A stretch of 64,000 nt of DNA from Zhongshania sp. (GTDB taxonomy: Bacteria > Pseudomonadota > Gammaproteobacteria > Pseudomonadales > Spongiibacteraceae). Under the pieces are notes generated by a model. That model was given only the letters and a program-made list of their open reading frames with translations. It did no database searches and had not been told where the DNA came from. The stretch is taken from NCBI RefSeq assembly GCF_041584495.1, contig NZ_JBFHDY010000007.1:1231-65230 (forward strand), in the 5' to 3' direction. Shown piece after piece: positions 49,338 to 58,716 of the stretch. The position numbers and the translations under genes are program-made. How positions within the stretch are numbered: position 1 is the stretch's first letter; each line of letters starts with the position of its first letter.

Positions 49338-50201
49338 TTGCGACCGAGAAATATTATCCGCGCCATGGAGACCTGCCGGGAGCAAATGCGTCGCTCCGAG
49401 CGCAAGGTGGCCGACTATATTCTTGAAAACCGCAAAGAAGTCATTCATATGCGGATTGTCGATTTAGCTCAAGAGGCCCATGTTAGTGAGCCAACGGTAG
49501 TGCGCTTCTGTCGCGCGATAGGCTGTGATGGCTTTCAAAACTTTAAGGTCGCCCTAGCTCAGCATCTCGCTCACAGCCCAGACTACGAAGAATTCAGCTT
49601 TGGCGACGAAGACTCTGCCCGCCAGTACACCTTTAAGGTGTTTGATTCCACCATGGAAGCTTTAAAAAAAGTGCGCGACAGCATTGAAGTCAGCGCCATT
49701 GAAGAGGCTGTAGCCCTGCTTAGCGCGGCGCGGCGGGTGGAGTTTTACGGTTTTGGTGCTTCGGCGGCGGTGGCAACGGATGCGCAGCACAATCTGTTTC
49801 GTCTGCAAATTTCGGCCAGTGTGTATTCCGACCCCCATGTGCAAGCGATGTCGGCCATGTCACTGCAGCAAAACGACGTGGTGGTGGCCATCTCTCAGTC
49901 GGGCCGAACCCGCGCCCTACTTGACGCCATCAAGCTGGCCCAGCAAAGTGGCGCACCGGTGATTGCTTTGGCGCCCTCGGGCTCGCCAGTAGCAGCGTTG
50001 GCTGATCTTGCCATTGCCATTGATGTCGATAAAGACGACGGCGATTACACACCGCTGCCGTCGCGCCTCGCCCATATGGCGGTATTGGATATTCTTGCGG
50101 TGGGTATCTCGCGTAGCAAAGCCGGGGTTCGCGAGCATTTGAACACCATTGCAAAAGGCTTGCAGGCACTGCGCACGGATTCTAAAAACAGCGGTCTATA
50201 G
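49338..50201 (+). CDS. hexR: RpiR-family transcriptional regulator (HexR-like)
   Basis: HTH RIVDLAQEAHVSEPTVVRFCR; SIS domain FYGFGAS, AISQSGRT and SRLAHMAVLDILA. Confidence 0.85.
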   Translation: MRPRNIIRAMETCREQMRRSERKVADYILENRKEVIHMRIVDLAQEAHVSEPTVVRFCRAIGCDGFQNFKVALAQHLAHSPDYEEFSFGDEDSARQYTFKVFDSTMEALKKVRDSIEVSAIEEAVALLSAARRVEFYGFGASAAVATDAQHNLFRLQISASVYSDPHVQAMSAMSLQQNDVVVAISQSGRTRALLDAIKLAQQSGAPVIALAPSGSPVAALADLAIAIDVDKDDGDYTPLPSRLAHMAVLDILAVGISRSKAGVREHLNTIAKGLQALRTDSKNSGL

Positions 50202-50249
50202 TACACCTTAGGGTTATTAAGCGTATTTGTATTGGGAGTGGGCTAATAA

Positions 50250-51671
50250 GTGATAGATCAAGTAAAAAGGCTTAGTCAATTATGGCCGCTACTTGCTCAC
50301 GTCTGCTATTTAGTATTGCTGTCGCTATTTCTAAGCGGCTGCGTTAGCTACCAAAGTAGCGATTTTGTCCAAAATATCGACCAGCGCTACCAAGCAGGGC
50401 AATACCTCGCGGCGGCCGAGGCTATTGAGCAGCAGCTCGGTTTAATGGACCTTAAAACCCGAGAATTACAGCCGGTTGTGGCCCGCTCTGGCGAAGTATT
50501 ATTGCATCTTGAGGTGGCCGAAAATTGGCGTTTGGCGGGCAACCCCCGCCGGGCGATTGCCCATTACGATGCCCTAGAGAACCTATTTAAAGACAAAGAT
50601 GTGCAGGGCGGTGCCCGAAAACTCGGCGAAAATATCGGCGCCGTCTTGGTGAACGACGCGGTGCGCTCCTATGAGCCGCCGCCAGCCGAGCGTATTTTAA
50701 GCAATTTTTACAAGGCACTGGCATTTTGGTCATTGGGCGAGAAAGACAATGCCCGGGTGGAATTTAACCGTGCCAATGAGCGGGCACGGATTGCGGTAGA
50801 ACGCTATCAAGAGATGATTGTCGAAGCGCAACAAGAAAGTGCGGAAGCCAAACGTAACCTGCGCTCACCCGGTGTGCAGAGTGCGCTGCGCCAGAACTTT
50901 CCGAATATGGATCAGTGGCAGGTCTACGACAGTTTTGTGAACCCCGCCGTGGCCTATATGAATGCGATGTTTCTCGCGAGTGGTTCGGGTAGCGACATTG
51001 GTCAGGCCGAGACCTTATTAGAGCGAGTGAATGGCATGGTTGGTGGTCATCCCATTATCGCTGAGGATTTATTGAACTTGCGGCAGCGGGGGCGCTTGAG
51101 TACCGGAGCTGCTCAGCGCTGGATAGTATATGAAAGCGGCTTAAGCCCGGTATATAGCGAAAAGCGTTTTTCGATACCCTGGTTTACCATGAACGCCTTG
51201 ATTCAGGTAACGGTGGCGCTCCCTGAGCTAGTAAACCGACCTAGCCACAGCGTGAATAGCATAGCGTTGGGCGTACAGCTGGTGGAGCTCCAGCCCTTTG
51301 CGCGCATGGACAGAGTCATGCAAACCGAGTTTCAAAAGCGCTGGTCGGCAACGGTAACACGGGCAATTGTGTCGGCGGCGAGCAAGGCCGTGCTCCAAGA
51401 TCGCATGGCAAAAGAGTTGGGGCCGCTGGGCAATATTGCGGGCATGGTCTATGCCAATGCTAGCGCCTCAGCAGATACCCGTGGCTGGCATGCCATGCCG
51501 GAGCAGTGGTCTTTAGCAAAAATGCCCGCTAAACAGGCAGTAGATTTACGAATACCCTATGGTAGTGGTTTGGCGACGACAATGAGTTTGCCTGCAGATA
51601 AAGATGTGTTGATCTATATTAAGCAGCCAAGCCCAAATGCCGCGCCCTATGTCGAGTTGTTTTATTTATAA
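50250..51671 (+). CDS. COG3014-family lipoprotein
   Basis: Lipobox LSGC; DAVRSYEP...FYKALAF...ARVEFNRA and ADTRGW; first gene of the COG3014-ycfL-lpoB triad. Confidence 0.8.
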   Translation: MIDQVKRLSQLWPLLAHVCYLVLLSLFLSGCVSYQSSDFVQNIDQRYQAGQYLAAAEAIEQQLGLMDLKTRELQPVVARSGEVLLHLEVAENWRLAGNPRRAIAHYDALENLFKDKDVQGGARKLGENIGAVLVNDAVRSYEPPPAERILSNFYKALAFWSLGEKDNARVEFNRANERARIAVERYQEMIVEAQQESAEAKRNLRSPGVQSALRQNFPNMDQWQVYDSFVNPAVAYMNAMFLASGSGSDIGQAETLLERVNGMVGGHPIIAEDLLNLRQRGRLSTGAAQRWIVYESGLSPVYSEKRFSIPWFTMNALIQVTVALPELVNRPSHSVNSIALGVQLVELQPFARMDRVMQTEFQKRWSATVTRAIVSAASKAVLQDRMAKELGPLGNIAGMVYANASASADTRGWHAMPEQWSLAKMPAKQAVDLRIPYGSGLATTMSLPADKDVLIYIKQPSPNAAPYVELFYL

Positions 51672-51683
51672 AAGGAATCATCG

Positions 51684-52067
51684 ATGACTATATTAAAGCG
51701 GATTATGGTGGTTTTTGGAGTAGCCCTTTTGGTCTCGGCTTGTGCTGGTTTACGGCAGGGAGACAATGCGCCAGCGTGGGCGGCACACGTTAGCTACGAC
51801 GGAAGGTACCTCGATATTTTGGAACTGCGCGAGTGGCCAGACCGTGAAACCGGTACCAAATTAATGCTGCGGGTTGAGTCCAAGGCCATGAGCACTGTGC
51901 GGATTTCTTTCCGTGTACTGTGGTATCGGGCCGATGGCCAGCCAGTACCAACCGTGCTGGGAAAATGGCAGGAGCGCACTATTGAGCCGGGTCAAACCGT
52001 GGAAATTGTGCAGAGCGGGCCGGGGCCAGATGCTGTTGATTATCGTTTTGAAATTGCCGAAAAATAA
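51684..52067 (+). CDS. YcfL/DUF1425-like lipoprotein
   Basis: Lipobox VSAC; FRVLWYRADG...W....P..A.DYRFEI; position upstream of lpoB. Confidence 0.8.
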   Translation: MTILKRIMVVFGVALLVSACAGLRQGDNAPAWAAHVSYDGRYLDILELREWPDRETGTKLMLRVESKAMSTVRISFRVLWYRADGQPVPTVLGKWQERTIEPGQTVEIVQSGPGPDAVDYRFEIAEK

Positions 52068-52079
52068 AGGGGTAAACAC

Positions 52080-52682
52080 ATGAAAAAATTATTTGCAGCC
52101 TGCGCTATGGCGCTGGTCCTCACAGGCTGTGCCAGCGGCGTGAAAATTGTTGACACCAACAACGACACCGCCGATTCGGTAATGGGCTTGGAATACCGCG
52201 ATTTTGAAAAGGCCGCCGGTGAAGCTGTACAGTCGATGATTGCCAGTGGGGCGGTGAGCAAGCCCGGCGGCGGTCGCTATATTTTGGCGATTGGGCGCAT
52301 GATTAACGACACCATGCAGCGGATTGATACCGACCAACTCGTGAAAAAAATCCGCATTGAACTGCTTAATTCCGGCAAGGTTATGGTCACTACCGCGGTG
52401 GCGTTTAATGGCCCCGAAGACGAAATGAGTTATGTTGCCCGTGAACTGCGTGGTAATAGTGAATTTGACCAGAAAGGTGTTGCCGCAAAGGGGCAGTTGC
52501 AAGCACCAGACTTGTCGCTTACGGGTAAAATATTACAGCGCAATCACAGCATGGGTCGTAACAAAACCCAGGTGGAGTATTTCTTTCAGCTAAGCCTAAC
52601 AGAGATTAAATCTGGCCTAGCGATTTGGGAAGGCGAAACCCCGATTGTAAAGCGTGGCTCCTCTAAGTCGGTAAGCTGGTAA
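52080..52682 (+). CDS. lpoB: Penicillin-binding protein activator LpoB-family lipoprotein
   Basis: Lipobox LTGC; INDTMQRIDTDQLVKKIRIELLNSGK, LTGKI and LSLTEIKSGLAIWEGE. Confidence 0.85.
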   Translation: MKKLFAACAMALVLTGCASGVKIVDTNNDTADSVMGLEYRDFEKAAGEAVQSMIASGAVSKPGGGRYILAIGRMINDTMQRIDTDQLVKKIRIELLNSGKVMVTTAVAFNGPEDEMSYVARELRGNSEFDQKGVAAKGQLQAPDLSLTGKILQRNHSMGRNKTQVEYFFQLSLTEIKSGLAIWEGETPIVKRGSSKSVSW

Positions 52683-52727
52683 GTTTTGTGGTGCTTGTTT
52701 GGCCGGTACCTAGCGAGCGCTAGGCAT

Positions 52728-52774
52728 TCATTTTTCCGAGTGCTGTGTAACGCGGCACTCGGAGAAAAAAATGA
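52728..52774. repeat. Extended palindrome with the T-run before and the A-run after the stem (not terminator polarity)
   Basis: TCATTTTTCCGAGTGCTG-tgtaacg-CGGCACTCGGAGAAAAAAATGA. Confidence 0.7.
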
Positions 52775-52836
52775 CGCTTCCGTGTCCGTCGTAACTGCGT
52801 GCCATTGACGACGTACGCTTTGTTCGATAGATGAAG

Positions 52837-52868
52837 GCAGCCACAGTATTGTCGTGGCTGCTCTTTCC
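52837..52868 (+). terminator. Possible intrinsic terminator after lpoB
   Basis: GCAGCCAC-agtattgtc-GTGGCTGC followed by TCTTTCC. Confidence 0.45.
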
Positions 52869-53067
52869 CCCTTATTTAAGCAATTCTTAAAATTCGGTTT
52901 TTACGTTAGCTGTATTACATTGCGATGTGAGGGCGAAAAGACCTACTCAAAATCGTTTTGATAGAAACTGGATGAAGCAGTAAGACGATGCTCTCTTGCG
53001 CTAAAACGGTGCTTGTTAGTATGCCAACACCGAATGCGTTACGCTTGCTAAAAAGTGAGTTTCAATA

Positions 53068-53496
53068 ATGCGTTTACTGCTTGTCGAGAACAATGAAAGT
53101 TTAGCCCAAGCTATAACCGCGTTGCGACGAGCGGGGTATGCCGTTGATCACGCGGCGACAGGCGTCAATGCTGTGGGTTTTTATGAAGCAGGACAATTAG
53201 ATTTAGGAATATTGGATTTGGGCTTGCCAGATATCGACGGTCTCAGCCTGTTACAAGCGCTACGCAAAATTCAAGCCGATTACCTGCCAGACGGTCAGGT
53301 TTGGGATAGCGGCAGCTTCTTACCTGAAGACGGCCTGCCGGGGCAATTGCTTGACGCCATGCTGGGCTATGAGGCGACACCCGCACCAGCACAAGTTGCG
53401 ATTTATGTATTTGCGATTATGGTGAAGCTTGCCACTTTAACTTTGCGTTATCGGGCGGGTATAACAGCGGCATCGTCAGAGCCGTATGGAAAGTAG
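53068..53496 (+). pseudogene. Chimeric remnant: OmpR/QseB-type receiver N-terminus fused in frame to an FTR1/EfeU iron-permease C-terminus
   Basis: Residues 1-66 MRLLLVE...GYAVDHA...DLGILDLGLPDIDGLSLLQALRK form a receiver domain cut before its end. Residues 67-142 IQADYLP...WDSGSFLPEDGLPGQLLDAMLGYEATPAPAQVAIY match the FTR1 last loop and TM as I recall it. Confidence 0.75.
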
Positions 53497-54081
53497 TGCT
53501 GATTACGCCCTTCGCTTAAAGCTTGAGTATGAGTTCTACTAGCTGCTGGTCGACAATCTAGCGCAATTCCTGTATTGAATAACGGTGTGGCTACTTTTAT
53601 ATCAAGGTGGATTTTTGGTCAGTTAAATTTTATAAGCTGGCGCGCAGTATTGGTGTTCTCTCTTGAATAAGTAAGGAATTATTAAATACTAAGAGCAATT
53701 TGGCGCTAGACCAAAACGGCGATACAGTGTGGGACCCATCAGTAAAGCAGAGACGGAGTCGTCTTGGCTCGCTGAGCGCAGATCACGCAGAAGCGTGTTT
53801 TGCTAAGAGATGATGGCCAGTGGAACAGCCCGGCGTGTCACTCTGGGCTAGTTTGTCTTGACAACGCTGTTACCGGTGAAGGGCCTTGGCATATGGCCGA
53901 ATTTCCCGTGACCACGATTCTTGATCTGTGGCTATTGCTAGCTGATGGCAGTCTTCAGGAGCTTCGCCAGCTCCCGTGGCTGTACGGAGATGGCTTCTAC
54001 GTCGCACTGGATTCCTTTTCTGGGCTGTGCTTTTACAGGCTAAGTCATAATCATCAAATATTTACATTTATAGGCAAGCTA

Positions 54082-54447
54082 ATGAGCGGTCAAAAAAAGA
54101 CACTGGATCAAGTTTTAGCAGAACAGCGCGAGTACAATACTAAGCGGGCCAGCGGTTATCGAGAAAAAGCCTTAAAGCTATACCCTTGGGTTTGCGGGCG
54201 CTGCGCGCGTGATTTTGAGCGTAGGAATTTATCTGAGTTAACGGTGCATCACGTCGACCACGATCACGATAATAACCCGCCTGATGGCAGTAATTGGGAG
54301 CTGCTATGCATTTATTGCCATGACGAAGAGCATACCAAATACGAAAACTTAGTTCGTTACGGCAGTACCACGGAGAAAAAGTCAAAAGCGGCTACATTTA
54401 ATCCCTTTACTGATCTCAAGGCAAAGATGGATGGCGATAAAAAATAG
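54082..54447 (+). CDS. yajD: YajD-family HNH nuclease
   Basis: GYREKALKLYPWVCGRC..F...NLSELTVHHVDHDHDNNPPDGSNWELLCIYCHDEEH. Start set at MSGQKK (54082). Confidence 0.92.
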   Translation: MSGQKKTLDQVLAEQREYNTKRASGYREKALKLYPWVCGRCARDFERRNLSELTVHHVDHDHDNNPPDGSNWELLCIYCHDEEHTKYENLVRYGSTTEKKSKAATFNPFTDLKAKMDGDKK

Positions 54448-54463
54448 ATTCGTGGAAAAATGT

Positions 54464-54634
54464 ATGTCAAAGAAAGTTCTTAAATTTGAGCTTGAGAAAG
54501 AGACAAAAAACAGTGTTCGCTATAAAGAGATTCCCGACGAAGGAACCGCACCTATTGTCGGTTCCTTGTATATACAAAAGTGGTTTGTGGGTAGTAGCAA
54601 AACCATTGCGATTACAATCGACAAAAAGGATTAG
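54464..54634 (+). CDS. Small conserved hypothetical protein (56 aa)
   Basis: MSKKVLKFELEKETKNSVRYKE...VGSLYIQKWF; beta-strand-like pattern; 16 bp after the yajD stop. Confidence 0.75.
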   Translation: MSKKVLKFELEKETKNSVRYKEIPDEGTAPIVGSLYIQKWFVGSSKTIAITIDKKD

Positions 54635-54690
54635 TGGCAAATAGCCAGTGACCCATCTTTACAGCAGATGAAATGAATAAAGGGTTAATG

Positions 54691-55029
54691 ATGGAATATT
54701 TTACTGACGCGTTTAAAAAGTATGCTGAATTTTCCGGCCGGGCAAGTCGACAAGCGTATTGGATGTTTGTGCTGGTTTACTTCCTTATTTATGTGGCCAT
54801 TTCAGTTGCCGACTATGTGCTAAACACAGCGTGGTTGGCCCCGCTTTTTTCTTTGGTGGTATTACTGCCAAGTATTAGTATTACCGCGCGGCGGCTTCAC
54901 GATACGGGTCGGTCGGGGTGGTGGCAGTTAATTTACCTGGTGCCGCTAATTGGTCTCATTGTGATGCTGGTGTTTCTTTGCCAAGCGAGTGGTGGCGACA
55001 ATGAATACGACTCTGTTAACGCGTCTTGA
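54691..55029 (+). CDS. DUF805 (YhaH/YhaI-like) inner membrane protein
   Basis: FKKYAEFSGRASRQAYW, RRLHDTGRSGWW and NEY. Confidence 0.93.
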   Translation: MEYFTDAFKKYAEFSGRASRQAYWMFVLVYFLIYVAISVADYVLNTAWLAPLFSLVVLLPSISITARRLHDTGRSGWWQLIYLVPLIGLIVMLVFLCQASGGDNEYDSVNAS

Positions 55030-55078
55030 TATGGGGCAGCTTTTCTAATGAAGGGGCTTAGCTAGGCGCGGCAGTGAG

Positions 55079-55453
55079 TTAATGGCTTGCCTTAAAGTTC
55101 TCTCGTATTGTATAGCGGAAAAATACCGGAAAGGTATTTCTGACATAAATTTGTTCCTGCATCATGTATTTCGGACTAATGCCTTGGCTTAAGGTAATGA
55201 TCACCCCACGCGGGTCTAGCCGGTACACTTGGCCTTCGATTTCTTCGCTGTGTTGGTCGTGAAACCGAATATTGCCCCGTAGGGTTTCGCCGAGTTGCAG
55301 TGGCGCATCTGATTTTTGGGCCAGTAAAATGCCGCGCTCGGAAATTTCTAGCACGCGGTAGGTAGTGTCTTTATTTACGGTGAGCGGGGGCTCGGCGGCC
55401 TTGGGGTAGGGCAGCCGGAAGAAGCGGCGCAGGTTTTTAATTTTATCGATCAT
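55079..55453 (-). CDS. PilZ domain protein
   Basis: RRFFRLPYP (RxxxR) and EISERG (D/ExSxxG) c-di-GMP-binding motifs. Confidence 0.8.
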   Translation of the reverse strand: MIDKIKNLRRFFRLPYPKAAEPPLTVNKDTTYRVLEISERGILLAQKSDAPLQLGETLRGNIRFHDQHSEEIEGQVYRLDPRGVIITLSQGISPKYMMQEQIYVRNTFPVFFRYTIRENFKASH

Positions 55454-55518
55454 TCTTTATGTGTAGTTGATGATTTCGGTGATGTCGACTAGGAGCGCAA
55501 GGCTTTTCCAAAAAGGTT

Positions 55519-57639
55519 TTATACCGAGGCGTACACACTGCGCCCAGAAAGCCAGCGTTGAATAAGCGGTTTAACGTTATTTGGGTGGTTGTCGATGATG
55601 TGCTGGGCTTGTTCGCGCACCGCGTCGAGCAAATCGTCGTCGCGCTGTAAATCGGCTATTTTAAAACTCATTAAGCCGGTTTGGCGGGTGCCTAGTACTT
55701 CACCGGGACCGCGCAGTGCCAAATCCTGCTCAGCAATAACAAAGCCGTCATTGCTGTCGCGCAGAGCGGCTAAACGCTCGCGACCATTGCGTGACAGCGG
55801 CGTTTGGTAAAGCAGTACGCAAAAGCTTTGCTGGCTGCCACGGCCGACCCTGCCGCGTAATTGGTGTAACTGAGCAAGGCCGAGGCGCTCGGCGTTTTCA
55901 ATGATCATTAGCGAGGCGTTGGGCACGTCTACCCCGACTTCAATTACCGTGGTGGCGACGATTAAATCTAATTCTGCCGCTTTAAAGTCGGCCATGACGG
56001 CGGCCTTTTCTTTGGGCTTCATGCGGCCGTGCACCAGACCAATGCGTAATTCCGGCAGGGTTTCTTTTAATAGCGCCCAGCTGGCTTCAGCGGCTTGAGC
56101 TTGAAGTTTCTCAGATTCTTCGATCAGGGTGCACACCCAATAGGCCTGCTGCCCGCTAGCGCAAACACCTCGGAGTCTTTCCATCACATCGCCGCGCCGG
56201 TCATTGGCCAGTACCACGGTATTGACTGGGCTGCGGCCCGGAGGCAATTCATCGATGACCGAGGTATCGAGATCGGCGTACGCAGTCATGGCCAAGGTCC
56301 TTGGAATAGGAGTTGCGGTCATGATGAGCTGGTGGGGCTGGCCGACCTCGGCGGCTTTTTGTTTTAGCGCCAGGCGTTGGTGCACACCAAAGCGATGTTG
56401 CTCGTCGATGATGACTAAACCGAGACGGGCGAACTCCACATCGCTTTGAAATAGTGCGTGGGTGCCAACCGCGACATGGGCGCTGTGATCGGCAATTGCG
56501 TCGCTTTGCAGTTGGCGGGCTTTGCCTTTTAATTTACCAGTAAGCCAGGCCACATTTAAACCGAGGGGTTCAAACCATTGGCTGAAGCTTTGGTAGTGCT
56601 GCTCGGCCAAAATTTCGGTGGGCGCCATAATCGCGACCTGGTAGCCGCTGGCGACTGCTCGCAATGCGGCGAGTGCCGCTACGGCAGTTTTACCGCTGCC
56701 AACGTCACCTTGAACCAAGCGCAGCATGGGGGTATGGCTGCGCAAGTCCTTGGCAATTTCCTTGGCTACGCGTTGTTGTGCGCCCGTTAGCGTAAATCCC
56801 AAGCCTTTTAAAAATCCGCGCTGCAGTGATGTTGGGCCGTCGAGGGCCGGGCCGCCACTGCGTTGGGTTTCGCGTCGCAACTCTTGCAGGGCTAAATTAT
56901 GGGCGAGCAATTCTTCAAAGGCCAAGCGTCGCTGGCTGGGGTGCAAGCCTTCTTGTAATTGACTGATGGAGGCGTCAGTTGGCGGGTGGTGTAAGTAGCG
57001 CAGCGCCTCGGCCAAGGTCCATTGCTTGTTATTAAGGGCATAGGGCAGTGATTTAGTTGGTAAGCATTCACTTACTGGGTGGTGTTCTAGATATATCAGG
57101 GCTTGGTCGCAGAGCTTGCGCCAACTGGTTTGGGCAAAGCCTTCGGTGCTTGGGTAAATCGGCGTGAGTCGCTCTTCTACAGGTACGGGTTCGTCGCCGC
57201 CGAGAACCCGGTATTCGGGGTGGTAAAATTCTAGGCCACCGCTGCCTCGTCGGGGTTCACCAAAGCAGCGCAGCCGCGCACCAGGGGTGAGTTGGGCTTT
57301 TTGCGCCGCACTAAAATGGAAGAAGCGCAGGGTGGTGGTGCCGCTACCATCTTGGATTCGGCAGACTAAGCTACGGCGACGGCCGAACACGACATCGGCA
57401 ACCAACACTTTACCTTCAATGACGACGTCGGTGCTTAATTGCATGGCCCCAATCGGTGTAATACGGGTGCGGTCTTGGTAGCGCAGGGGCAGGTGGAACA
57501 GTAAATCTTGTACGGTTTTAATACCCAGTGCGTCGAGCTTTTTGCGTACCTTGGGGCCCACACCTTTTAAGGTGGCGACACCAAGTTGATTTAGCGCCAC
57601 GGTGGTAGCTGGATTGCGTCTGTCAGTGGCTTGGCTCAT
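55519..57639 (-). CDS. recG: ATP-dependent DNA helicase RecG
   Basis: FHLPLRYQDRT, QGDVGSGKT, IDEQHRFGV, MTATPIPRTL, QLHQLRGRVGRG and GPGEVLGTRQTG. Confidence 0.99.
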   Translation of the reverse strand: MSQATDRRNPATTVALNQLGVATLKGVGPKVRKKLDALGIKTVQDLLFHLPLRYQDRTRITPIGAMQLSTDVVIEGKVLVADVVFGRRRSLVCRIQDGSGTTTLRFFHFSAAQKAQLTPGARLRCFGEPRRGSGGLEFYHPEYRVLGGDEPVPVEERLTPIYPSTEGFAQTSWRKLCDQALIYLEHHPVSECLPTKSLPYALNNKQWTLAEALRYLHHPPTDASISQLQEGLHPSQRRLAFEELLAHNLALQELRRETQRSGGPALDGPTSLQRGFLKGLGFTLTGAQQRVAKEIAKDLRSHTPMLRLVQGDVGSGKTAVAALAALRAVASGYQVAIMAPTEILAEQHYQSFSQWFEPLGLNVAWLTGKLKGKARQLQSDAIADHSAHVAVGTHALFQSDVEFARLGLVIIDEQHRFGVHQRLALKQKAAEVGQPHQLIMTATPIPRTLAMTAYADLDTSVIDELPPGRSPVNTVVLANDRRGDVMERLRGVCASGQQAYWVCTLIEESEKLQAQAAEASWALLKETLPELRIGLVHGRMKPKEKAAVMADFKAAELDLIVATTVIEVGVDVPNASLMIIENAERLGLAQLHQLRGRVGRGSQQSFCVLLYQTPLSRNGRERLAALRDSNDGFVIAEQDLALRGPGEVLGTRQTGLMSFKIADLQRDDDLLDAVREQAQHIIDNHPNNVKPLIQRWLSGRSVYASV

Positions 57640-58610
57640 CCGGATTTTTTAATTTTACGTTTTGTTTTGGATGGACTTTGTGAGCTTGGCAGCGAGGTTA
57701 GTGCCACCGCCGAGGCTTTTATGGCTCGGCTAATGACATCCACGGCTTGGTGGCGGGGAAAACTCGCGCGCCAGGCCAGCGCTACGGTGCGGGTTGCAGA
57801 GGGGTCGATAAAAGGCCGAGTACACAGCACACCATCGCCGTAGGGAGCGACTTGCGCGGCCGACAGCGGCAGTATGGTAATACCGAGCTTGGAGACCACC
57901 ATGTGCTTTAAGGTTTCGAGTGAGCTGCCTTCGACAACGGACTGGAGTAAGCGATCTCCTTTGGCAAAGGTTTGTCGAAGTCCAGGGCATGCGGCCATGA
58001 CTTGGTCGCGAAAGCAGTGGCCTTCACCGAGGAGCAGAACATTTTCATTGAGTAAGTCGTCTTGGTGTAGCGCCGTTTTTTGCGCTAAGAGGTGGTCGCA
58101 GGGCAGCAGCACAACAAAGGGTTCTTCGTAGAGCGGCTGGGTAACAACGTCGGGTTCATTAAAGGGGAGCGCGACAATAATGGCGTCGAGCTGGGAGGCG
58201 CGCAGGCGCTCTCGCAAGACCCCGGTTAAATTCTCCTCAATATATAAGGGCATCTCTGGCGCATACTCGCGAATTAGCGGAATACAGCGCGGGTAAAGAT
58301 AGGGACCAACGGTGTGAATTGCGCCAATGGCCAGCGGCGTGCCCAGGGGGTCGCGGCCCTGATTGGCGAGCTCGCGAATATGGTCGGCTTGCTCGAGCAC
58401 ATAGCGCGCTTGGCGAATGACTTGTTCGCCCACTGGCGTCGTTTTAATTTGCCCGCGATTGCGCTCAAACAAAGAAATGCCGAGTTCGTCTTCCAGTTTT
58501 TTAATGGCCACACTGAGGGTGGGCTGGCTAACAAAGCATTTTTCTGCCGCTTTGCCGAAATGCCCTGAATCTTTCAGGGCAATAATGTAGCGCAGTTCGG
58601 TAAGCGTCAT
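57636..58610 (-). CDS. oxyR: Hydrogen-peroxide-sensing LysR regulator OxyR
   Basis: LysR HTH; GEGHCFRDQVMAAC retains both redox cysteines (C199/C208 equivalents); ATGA overlap with recG as in pseudomonads. Confidence 0.96.
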   Translation of the reverse strand: MTLTELRYIIALKDSGHFGKAAEKCFVSQPTLSVAIKKLEDELGISLFERNRGQIKTTPVGEQVIRQARYVLEQADHIRELANQGRDPLGTPLAIGAIHTVGPYLYPRCIPLIREYAPEMPLYIEENLTGVLRERLRASQLDAIIVALPFNEPDVVTQPLYEEPFVVLLPCDHLLAQKTALHQDDLLNENVLLLGEGHCFRDQVMAACPGLRQTFAKGDRLLQSVVEGSSLETLKHMVVSKLGITILPLSAAQVAPYGDGVLCTRPFIDPSATRTVALAWRASFPRHQAVDVISRAIKASAVALTSLPSSQSPSKTKRKIKKSG

Positions 58611-58716
58611 AAAAATACCTGTGCAATAGCGAAAACGTAATAGTTAATATCTATCACGCTCAATACTACCCTGCCGCGCTGAAAAGGCAATTTATACTTT
58701 AACGGAAAAGCCGAGA

